Assembly: GCA_038883715.1 (NCBI GenBank)
Contig: JAVZLS010000002.1
Location: 73,582 to 137,581, forward strand
Origin: Candidatus Bathyarchaeia archaeon
GTDB taxonomy: Archaea > Thermoproteota > Bathyarchaeia > Bathyarchaeales > Bathycorpusculaceae
Reading direction: 5' to 3'
DNA: 64,000 bases
The position numbers and the translations under genes were made by a program. Under the pieces are notes generated by a model. The model was given only the letters and a program-made list of their open reading frames with translations, was not told the origin of the DNA and made no database searches. Positions within the stretch are counted from its first letter, which is position 1. Each line of letters opens with the position of its first letter. Positions 56,542 to 64,000 of the stretch are shown here, one piece after another.

Positions 56542-56991
56542 TTAGAATTTATCGTTTTCGACGTTAAACAGCTGGTTTTCCGGTGTGTCCGCTATTTTCC
56601 AGGCAAGGTCCTCGTTGGAAGTGCCTTTTGCAAGTTTTTCTTTCAGCATTTCTATCACCTGATTGTTTACGTGGATTTTCAAAGTTTTGTTTTGACTTTT
56701 TAGTTTAAAAATTGCCACTACGCTTCCATCGGAACTTCTTACTTCGAGTTTTCTGTTTCCCACGGTGCATTGAGTAATTGCTTGAATACCATCAAGGATG
56801 CATGAATAAGGAGTTATTAATGGGAGTTCCGCCACCACCTGCAAGTCCCATAGTTTGTTTCTGTCTACTTTTAGTATTTTCTTCGCTAATCTAGCCATTT
56901 TCACTCCTATAACTAGGAATGGTCCAAGATGCCCGTGAAGGTTTTCAGCGTTTTTAATCTCAAGCGTTAGGGCTTCTTTTTCATTAGTCAT
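56542..56991 (-). CDS. FmdE (formylmethanofuran dehydrogenase subunit E)-family protein
   Basis: HGHLGPFLVIG, SCILDGIQ..T.CTVGN. Confidence 0.85.
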   Translation of the reverse strand: MTNEKEALTLEIKNAENLHGHLGPFLVIGVKMARLAKKILKVDRNKLWDLQVVAELPLITPYSCILDGIQAITQCTVGNRKLEVRSSDGSVVAIFKLKSQNKTLKIHVNNQVIEMLKEKLAKGTSNEDLAWKIADTPENQLFNVENDKF

Positions 56992-57514
56992 TTGCTTCCT
57001 TCACCTTTGCCCTTTCAAGGGTCCCTATCACTGGTAAGGCGATTATTAGGCCTATTATTCCGCCTATCAAGTGCCACACACCCCAAAAAGTTAGTGCCCA
57101 CTCCAAAGATCTTGCCATGAAAACTGTTCCAATAACCACGCCTGCGAAATAGGCAGATACCATTGTTGTAATGGCTGTCACAGCAATATTATAGGGTTTA
57201 AATTTGATTTTGTGCTTACACAGCGTCATTAGGGCGTCAAAGAGGATGGCTGAAGCTAGAAAGCCTATCATCTGTGTTGATGCTGGTCTCATTGCCAGCA
57301 CTATTATGGCTCCTATTACGCCGACCATTAAAGGTATTCCAGCTCTGCCGGAGGCCCAAGTGGCCAAAAGCAGGGTGAAATACACGGAGAGGTCGCAAAA
57401 TATTGGCAAATGAAATAGTGTGAATCCCAAAGGTCCAACTGTCAGATTTAATGCTGCCCATAGGGCTGAGAAAATGGCTATTATTGCTATGTCAACCGGT
57501 TTAAACTGGGACAT
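56984..57514 (-). CDS. Putative ECF transporter S-component-like membrane protein
   Basis: About 6 TM helices; IAIIAIFSALW N-terminus typical of S components; divergent from nikR. Confidence 0.6.
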   Translation of the reverse strand: MSQFKPVDIAIIAIFSALWAALNLTVGPLGFTLFHLPIFCDLSVYFTLLLATWASGRAGIPLMVGVIGAIIVLAMRPASTQMIGFLASAILFDALMTLCKHKIKFKPYNIAVTAITTMVSAYFAGVVIGTVFMARSLEWALTFWGVWHLIGGIIGLIIALPVIGTLERAKVKEAND

Positions 57515-57525
57515 CTTTCATCATC

Positions 57526-57553
57526 GTAATACTTTTTTCTAAAAACGTAATAC
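57526..57553. promoter_or_regulatory. Putative NikR operator
   Basis: GTAATA-N16-TAATAC (GTAATAC-N14-GTAATAC), same geometry as the E. coli NikR site GTATGA-N16-TCATAC. Confidence 0.72.
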
Positions 57554-57606
57554 CAATCTGCATAAAAACTTTATGGTCAAAACACCAAATTAAAAACGTG
57601 GTTTCC

Positions 57607-58023
57607 ATGGCAAAAACAGAGAAAATAGTGCGGGTGAGCGTAACCTTCCCACCAGACCTTTTAAAGGACTTTGATGAGGTAATCCGAAGAATGGGCTACG
57701 AGAATCGTTCTAAGGCTGTTCAGGATGCCGTTAGGCTTTTCGTTTCCGAGCGCAAGTGGCTTCAGGAGGAGAAGGGCCTTCAAGCCGGGGTTTTAATGCT
57801 TCTCTATGACCATGATGTTAGGGGTTTGGAGGACGCCTTAACAGATGTTCAGCATCATTATGCTGACATAATCTCCTCAACAATGCATATTCACCTAACA
57901 GAGCGAGACTGCCTAGAGGCTATAGCGGTTAAGGGTGACGCCGCTAAAATTCGGCGGTTGAGCGATGAACTCTCTTCAAGGCGGGGTGTTAAGCTTCTAA
58001 AAACAATGATTGTCTCGCTTTAA
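57607..58023 (+). CDS. nikR: Nickel-responsive regulator NikR
   Basis: RHH RVSVTFP..LL..FD...GY.NRSKA; Ni ligands in QHH, H.HL...CLE. Confidence 0.92.
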   Translation: MAKTEKIVRVSVTFPPDLLKDFDEVIRRMGYENRSKAVQDAVRLFVSERKWLQEEKGLQAGVLMLLYDHDVRGLEDALTDVQHHYADIISSTMHIHLTERDCLEAIAVKGDAAKIRRLSDELSSRRGVKLLKTMIVSL

Positions 58024-58033
58024 AGAAGGGTTT

Positions 58034-58951
58034 TTAACGCGTTATTTCAAACATTTTTTCTAGGGCTTTTCTGGCTTTGCTTGCTATTGGCTCTGGAACC
58101 TTCACCACGTGTTTTTCCTCTTTAAGGGCTGTGTAAATCCTTTCAAGAGTATTCAGCTTCATGTTGGGGCAGACGGCGCCCTCATAAGCCAAAACAAAAC
58201 GTTTGCCCGGATTGTCCTTCCGTAAACGATGCAGAAGCCCCTCTTCAGTCGCCACAATAAATGTCTTAGCGTTGCCCTCCCTCGCATAACGGCACATCTG
58301 GGATGTACTGCCAATAAAGTCGGCTATTTTCCGCATTTCAGCTGTGCACTCTGGGTGAACCATGACAACAGCGTTTGGAAAATCAGCCTTTAGAGCTTGC
58401 ACCTCTTCTGGTTGGAAGAGAAGATGGGTTGGACAAAAGCCCCGTTCCGGGATAGGAATAATCGTCTTCCCAGTCTTTTCCTGCACATATTCCGCCAAGT
58501 TGTGGTCTGGTCCAAAAAGAACGGTTTCAGCATCCAAGGCGTTTATTACCTCAACGGCGTTGGCTGATGTGCAGCACACGTCGCAGTAAGCCTTCGCAGA
58601 AGCCAGAGTGTTAACGTACAAAACCAGCGGCACAAGTGGGTAAAGCACACGCCACCTCTTAATCTCATCAACCGTCAACATCTGAGCCATGGGACATCTG
58701 GCACCGGCAGAGGGTAACAAAACCTTCTTTTCTGGATTAAGGATGGCTGCCGATTCAGCCATAAAATCCACAGCAGCAAAAACAATTATTTCTGCCTCTT
58801 TCTCTTCCATGGCTTTTCTGCTGAGCTCTATGCTGTCCCCCACATAGTCGGCAATATCTTGAACCTCTGGCCTCTGATAGTTATGAGCCAAAATAACAGC
58901 TTTCTTCTCCTTCTTCAGCCGCAGTATTTTTTCGGCAAGAGCCATTTCCAA
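58034..58951 (-). CDS. nadA: Quinolinate synthase
   Basis: LAHNYQ, GDS, FMAESA, CPMA, YVNT, CTSAN, CPTH, HPEC, CPNMK. Confidence 0.96.
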   Translation of the reverse strand: MEMALAEKILRLKKEKKAVILAHNYQRPEVQDIADYVGDSIELSRKAMEEKEAEIIVFAAVDFMAESAAILNPEKKVLLPSAGARCPMAQMLTVDEIKRWRVLYPLVPLVLYVNTLASAKAYCDVCCTSANAVEVINALDAETVLFGPDHNLAEYVQEKTGKTIIPIPERGFCPTHLLFQPEEVQALKADFPNAVVMVHPECTAEMRKIADFIGSTSQMCRYAREGNAKTFIVATEEGLLHRLRKDNPGKRFVLAYEGAVCPNMKLNTLERIYTALKEEKHVVKVPEPIASKARKALEKMFEITR

Positions 58952-59066
58952 CTTCGCCTTTAAGCATCTTCAAAAGCACACTGTGGAATATATGCCTTTA
59001 TGCCCTGTCATGCTCTTTACAACAAACCATAGCAACCGTTAAAACATTGTGAACTTCACTTATTCA

Positions 59067-60224
59067 ATGGGGATGGGGAAGCTCAGATTTTTCGCAACAA
59101 CAGTCATAGGACTGGAAGATGTAGCCTCAAAAGAGGTTGAAAACCTAATAGGGGTTAAAGCCGAACAAGATGTTGGAAGAATAGCCTTCAAAGGAAGCCT
59201 AGAAAACGTTTACTTCCTAAACCTAAAAGCTTCAACAATCAACAAGGTCTTTATTGAGCTTTGCAGGTCAGCCTTCGAAAGCCTAGACGACATATACCAG
59301 CTAGCCAAAAGTTTAGACTACACTTGGATATTGGACGAGCAGCAGACCTTCGCCATAAGAAGCGAAAGAATCGGCGTGCACAACTTCACAAGCATGGACG
59401 TCTCCCGTGTCGCCGGACAAGCTGTAATAGACTCCTTCGCCAACGCAACGGGCAAGAGATTAAAAGTGAACTTGGACGAACCTGATGTTGAGATATACTG
59501 CCTAATAAGAAACAATGACTTCATCATGGGAGTAAACACTACGGGCGCTTCCCTTCACAAGCGTGGCTACCGCGTTTACAGCCACCCAGCAGCCCTAAAA
59601 CCAACAATAGCCTCAGCCATGCTCAGGATAGGTGGCTGGACACCGGATAAATCCCTCATAGACCCCATGTGCGGAGGCGCCACTATCTCAATCGAGGCTG
59701 CGTTAGAGGCTTGTGGCATCCCACCAAACCATCTGCGAAGAGACTTCGCCTTCCTAAAACTAAAAATTTGCAACCAAGAAACCTTCGAAAAAATAAGGAC
59801 TGAAATGCTTGCACAACAAAAGAAGAAAGGCGCATGCATGTGCACAATTTACGCTATGGAAAAGTTTGCCAAACACTTGCAAGGCGGGATTGAAAACGCT
59901 AGAAAAGCCGGCGTGCATGAGGCAATAAACTTCAAAATTGGAGACGCCACAAAACCCCAAGACTACCCAGAAGCGGAACTCGACTTCATAGTTGTAAATC
60001 CACCCTACGGGTTGAGGGCAAACCCAAAAGAGGGCGTAAGAAAACTATATGAAAGCTTCCTAAAAGCGCTGAAGACAAAATTTCCAGAGGCAACCCTAGT
60101 CATAATAACGGCGGCCTCAAAAAGATTCAGAGAAGCGGCAGAAAACACTGGAATCACCATAACCGAAGATCGCAAAATTTGGCATGGCGAACTCTTAACA
60201 AACATATTCATATGCAAAATCTAA
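59067..60224 (+). CDS. trm14: THUMP-domain tRNA (guanine(6)-N2)-methyltransferase
   Basis: THUMP domain, SLHKRGYR.Y.HPAALK, DPMCGGATI, NPPYG. Confidence 0.8.
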   Translation: MGMGKLRFFATTVIGLEDVASKEVENLIGVKAEQDVGRIAFKGSLENVYFLNLKASTINKVFIELCRSAFESLDDIYQLAKSLDYTWILDEQQTFAIRSERIGVHNFTSMDVSRVAGQAVIDSFANATGKRLKVNLDEPDVEIYCLIRNNDFIMGVNTTGASLHKRGYRVYSHPAALKPTIASAMLRIGGWTPDKSLIDPMCGGATISIEAALEACGIPPNHLRRDFAFLKLKICNQETFEKIRTEMLAQQKKKGACMCTIYAMEKFAKHLQGGIENARKAGVHEAINFKIGDATKPQDYPEAELDFIVVNPPYGLRANPKEGVRKLYESFLKALKTKFPEATLVIITAASKRFREAAENTGITITEDRKIWHGELLTNIFICKI

Positions 60225-60240
60225 AAGGCGGGAAAGGCGG

Positions 60241-60363
60241 TGGTGCGGCGGGCCGGATTTGAACCGGCGAACCCCTACGGGAGAGGATGGCTCATAGGGG
60301 TTTTAGCCCTTCTAAACACCGATCTTGAGTCCTCCGCCTTTGACCTGGCTTGGCTACCGCCGC
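60241..60363 (-). tRNA. tRNA-Leu(CAA) with a 35-nt intron at 37/38 and encoded CCA
   Basis: GCGGCGG acceptor stem, GAGGA/TCCTC anticodon stem, CT-CAA-G, intron 60289-60323, long variable arm, GGTTCAAATCC T-loop. Confidence 0.93.
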
Positions 60364-60685
60364 CCATCTTTTCAAAGAATGGGTAATGAGATTTAAGCTT
60401 ACCGACTCTTTTCTAAAACTTGAAAACTAGAGAAGACCGTTCTTTATTGAATTGGAAAATGCCCAATAATTGTTGGTTTTCTTTGCTGATGGGGTTTGAA
60501 GATGAATTTTTCCACGAAAAAGTTTATTAGTGGGCTGTGCAGTTTTACGTGTTTAGCTTCAATATATTGGAGACTTTTTAAACTGGATGACCCAAAAGCG
60601 GAGGAAATTAAAAGTTTGAGAAAACCCGCAACACGTTCACCCCTCCATCGTCGAGTTAAGGTGGGGATTGCGGGGGTTAACCTTA

Positions 60686-63600
60686 ATGGTTAAGCTTTTA
60701 AAAGAGGATGTTAACACGCTGCTAAAGGCTTTCTTTAGAGAGAAGGGGCTGGTCCGCCAGCACCTAGACTCCTATAACGAGTTCATAGACCATGGCTTGC
60801 AAGAGGTTGTAGACGAGGTTGGAGAAATTCCAATAGAGGTTCCAGAATGTCCCTACACCGTCAAGCTTGGACAAGTCTGGATTATTGATCCGCAGACGAG
60901 GATTAGCGGTCCATATGTGACGGAGGTTGACGGCACAAAACATGAAATCTACCCGATAGAGGCTAGGCTCCGCAACTTAACCTATGCGGCGCCAATAGCC
61001 CTTGAAATGACGCCGGTTGTGGACGGCAGAGAACAAGATACAGAACTCGTTTTCATCGGCAACATCCCAGTAATGCTGAAATCCAAACTTTGCTTCTTGT
61101 CCCAGCTCTCCCGAGAGGAACTAATAGCTGTCGGTGAAGACCCAGATGATCCGGGCGGCTACTTTATTGTTAATGGTTCTGAACGTGTTATTGTGGCTAT
61201 GGAGGATTTGGCTCCAAACCGCATAATTGTTGACATAGACGAGAAAGGCGCGACACCAGTTTACCAAGCCAAGCTTTTCTCCACGACCGTTGGTTTTAGG
61301 GCGAGAATAGAGCTGAAAATGAAGTCTGACGGCGCCTTATACGTCACAATGCCGGGAGTGCCAACAGAAGTCCCCTTCGTCATCGTCATGCGCGCCTTGG
61401 GACTCGAGTCTGACAAGGAGATTGCCGAAGCGGTTTCTTTAGATGAGGAGATCCAAAGCGAGCTGGAACCATCCTTCGAGAAGGCTGTCGGCGTCGACAC
61501 CGTTAGAGACGCAATATTATATATTGGAAACCGTGTAGCCCACGGGCAAGTTGAAGAATACCGCATTCAGAAGGCTGAAGCAGCCATAGACAAAAACTTT
61601 TTGCCCCATCTTGGAAGAACAAGTCAGAGCCGCCGTGACAAGGCCATATTCTTGGGTGAGATGGCGTGCAGAGTTATAGAGCTGAAGCTCGGAAGGCGGA
61701 AACCCGACGACAAAGACCACTTTAAAAACAAGCGTTTGAGGCTTGCTGGACCACTGTTGGCAGACTTGTTCCGCGTAGCCTTCAGAAACCTTGTAAGAGA
61801 CATAAAATACCAGCTTGAAAGGATAGGCGTTAAAGGACCAATAATTACTGTTTCTGCGGCTGTTCGCCCCGGAATAATAACTGAAAGGCTTCAGCACGCG
61901 CTTGCCACTGGAAACTGGGGAAGGGGACGCGTTGGTGTAACACAGCTTCTCGATAGGACAAATTACCTTTCCACCCTAAGCCACTTAAGGAGACTTCAAT
62001 CTCCGCTGAGCAGAAGCCAGCCAAACTTTGAAGCTAGAGACTTACACTCAACCCATTGGGGACGCCTATGCCCAAACGAAACGCCGGAAGGCTCAAACTG
62101 CGGCTTGGTTAAGAACCTTGCGTTGTCTGCTTCCATATCTGTTGGTGTTAATCCGGAGAAGATTAAGCAGATATTGTTCAGCATGGGCGTTACACCGGTC
62201 TATGAGGCGAATGAGACGCTGAAGCGTTATGGTGCAAAGGTCTTCGTTGACGGAACAATAGTTGGCTATTGCGCCACTCCGGAAAAGGTTGTTCAAGAGT
62301 TTAGGCAACGCCGCCGCATGGGAGAAATCTCAACAGAAGTCAACATTGCCTACTTCTCAAAGGAGTATGGCGAAAGGGAGGAAATATACGTTAATTGCGA
62401 CGAGGGAAGAGTTAGAAGACCACTAATAATAGTTGAAAACGGCGTTCCAAAACTTCAGCCAGAACACATAGAAAGGATTGCCCGCGGCGAGTGGACATGG
62501 GAAGACCTCGTCAAAAACGGCATAATCGAGTATCTGGATGCTGAAGAAGAGGAAAACGCTTATGTCGCCATAGGCGCCGAAGAACTAACTCCAGAGCACA
62601 CTCACATGGAAATTGCAACCCACACAATTCTAGGAATCTGCGCCTCAACAATACCATACGCGGAACACAACCAGTCACCCCGCAACTCTTATCAGGCGGC
62701 TATGGCTAAGCAGGCTCTCGGCGTTTTCACCACGAACTTTCCGTTGCGTGTGGATTCAAGGTCGCATATACTGCATTATCCACAGACACCATTGGTTGAA
62801 ACAGCCCTAATGGAGGTTATGGGCTATAAGCTCCGCCCATCCGGACAGAACTGTATCGTGGCTGTTTTATCTTATGAAGGCTACAACATGGAGGACGCCC
62901 TAATCTTCAACAAAGCCTCTATTGAAAGGGGCTTGGGGCGCTCCACATTCTACCGCATTTATGAGGCTGAATGCCGCCAATACATGGGCGGACTGAAAGA
63001 CAAATTCGTCATACCAGAACCCGGAATAAGGGGCTTCAGAGGCGAACAATATTATAGGCTATTGGAGCCCGACGGCATAATAAGCCTAGAAGCCCAAGTT
63101 GCCGGCGGAGACGTTCTCATAGGAAGAACAAGCCCGCCAAGATTCCTCGAAGAATATAAGGAGTTTGAGGTTAAGGGGCCTTCAATGCGGGACACCTCCG
63201 TGGACATGCGCCCATCAGAAACAGGAATCGTAGACGCCGTCTTCATAACAGAGTCTGGCGAGGGAAGTAAACTCGTGAAGGTTAGGGTTAGAGACCAGAG
63301 AATCCCAGAGCTTGGCGACAAGTTTGCATCCCGCCACGGACAGAAAGGCGTTATAGGGCTTATTGTGCCACAAGAGGATATGCCCTTCACAGAGGACGGC
63401 ATAGTCCCAGACATTATAATTAATCCCCACGCTATCCCGTCAAGAATGACCATTGGACAGTTCATTGAATCCATAGCTGGAAAAGTTGCAGCCATGCGAG
63501 GCAAGCCAGTTGACGGAACGCCCTTCTCAAATGAGAAGGCTGAAGACCTAAGAAAAGCCCTAATAAAGCTTGGCTTCAGCCACACTGGAAAAGAGGTCTT

Positions 63601-64000
63601 CTACAACGGCGTTACTGGCGAAAAGTTTGTGGCAGACGTTTTCGTTGGCATAGTCTACTACCAGAAGCTCCACCACATGGTTGCAGACAAAATCCACGCA
63701 AGAGCCAGAGGACAAGTGCAAATGTTAACGAGGCAACCAACAGAAGGAAGAGCCCGTGGAGGCGGGCTGCGCTTCGGCGAAATGGAAAGAGACTGCCTGA
63801 TTGGACATGGGGCTGCAATGCTCTTACGCGACAGGCTTCTGGAGGAATCCGACAAATATACGCTCTATGTTTGTGAGAACTGCGGCTACATAGCCTACTA
63901 CGACCTAAAACAGAGAAAGTATGTCTGCAGAATATGCGAGGACAAGGCGAAAATCTCACCCGTAATAGTCTCTTACGCTTTTAAGCTTCTCCTCCAAGAA
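60686..64000 (+). CDS. rpoB: DNA-directed RNA polymerase subunit B (Rpo2), unsplit, 3'-truncated; absent from the ORF track because there is no stop in the window
   Basis: MVKLLKED...[66 protein letters not shown]; ends [10 protein letters not shown] in frame with the ATG. Confidence 0.97.
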   Translation, partial: MVKLLKEDVNTLLKAFFREKGLVRQHLDSYNEFIDHGLQEVVDEVGEIPIEVPECPYTVKLGQVWIIDPQTRISGPYVTEVDGTKHEIYPIEARLRNLTYAAPIALEMTPVVDGREQDTELVFIGNIPVMLKSKLCFLSQLSREELIAVGEDPDDPGGYFIVNGSERVIVAMEDLAPNRIIVDIDEKGATPVYQAKLFSTTVGFRARIELKMKSDGALYVTMPGVPTEVPFVIVMRALGLESDKEIAEAVSLDEEIQSELEPSFEKAVGVDTVRDAILYIGNRVAHGQVEEYRIQKAEAAIDKNFLPHLGRTSQSRRDKAIFLGEMACRVIELKLGRRKPDDKDHFKNKRLRLAGPLLADLFRVAFRNLVRDIKYQLERIGVKGPIITVSAAVRPGIITERLQHALATGNWGRGRVGVTQLLDRTNYLSTLSHLRRLQSPLSRSQPNFEARDLHSTHWGRLCPNETPEGSNCGLVKNLALSASISVGVNPEKIKQILFSMGVTPVYEANETLKRYGAKVFVDGTIVGYCATPEKVVQEFRQRRRMGEISTEVNIAYFSKEYGEREEIYVNCDEGRVRRPLIIVENGVPKLQPEHIERIARGEWTWEDLVKNGIIEYLDAEEEENAYVAIGAEELTPEHTHMEIATHTILGICASTIPYAEHNQSPRNSYQAAMAKQALGVFTTNFPLRVDSRSHILHYPQTPLVETALMEVMGYKLRPSGQNCIVAVLSYEGYNMEDALIFNKASIERGLGRSTFYRIYEAECRQYMGGLKDKFVIPEPGIRGFRGEQYYRLLEPDGIISLEAQVAGGDVLIGRTSPPRFLEEYKEFEVKGPSMRDTSVDMRPSETGIVDAVFITESGEGSKLVKVRVRDQRIPELGDKFASRHGQKGVIGLIVPQEDMPFTEDGIVPDIIINPHAIPSRMTIGQFIESIAGKVAAMRGKPVDGTPFSNEKAEDLRKALIKLGFSHTGKEVFYNGVTGEKFVADVFVGIVYYQKLHHMVADKIHARARGQVQMLTRQPTEGRARGGGLRFGEMERDCLIGHGAAMLLRDRLLEESDKYTLYVCENCGYIAYYDLKQRKYVCRICEDKAKISPVIVSYAFKLLLQE

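Noticed and set aside
60496-60693. 65-aa ORF upstream of rpoB as RpoH
   Set aside because: It has no HxLVPxH, LPxI or DP motifs and overlaps the promoter/leader; probably spurious
61261-63959. Minus-strand and short ORFs listed in the rpoB region
   Set aside because: Shadow ORFs of the long plus-strand rpoB reading frame
1-64000. CRISPR array, rRNA, IS element, integrase or provirus
   Set aside because: None seen; no integrase or duplicated tRNA 3' end noticed near tRNA-Leu

Overview
Archaeal chromosome segment, most likely Bathyarchaeia or a related TACK lineage. This is inferred from the unsplit rpoB, an eL22-like ribosomal protein, SepF, and many cohesin/dockerin/PKD surface proteins. 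The left arm (1-24.1 kb) is mostly housekeeping: psmB, aCPSF1, sepF, PUA, Lsm, rpl37e, rpsJ, mre11-rad50, an ABC transporter, a HEPN-MNT pair and DNA ligase. The right arm (52.9-64 kb) holds Lrp, thioredoxin, a NikR divergon with a visible operator, nadA, trm14, an intron-containing tRNA-Leu(CAA), and rpoB running off the end. The main finding is the central ~24-52 kb surface-protein locus, which looks like a cellulosome-style cohesin-dockerin assembly with no glycoside hydrolases. It encodes membrane-anchored, adaptor and anchorless scaffoldin-like proteins, a dockerin-bearing M14 carboxypeptidase, a stand-alone dockerin and a decayed dockerin remnant. It also encodes a peptide ABC substrate-binding protein that appears circularly permuted and carries a dockerin instead of a membrane anchor, followed by its dpp permeases and ATPases. 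I interpret this as a candidate archaeal 'peptidosome' coupling extracellular proteolysis to peptide uptake. All domain calls are by eye from motifs; no searches were run.
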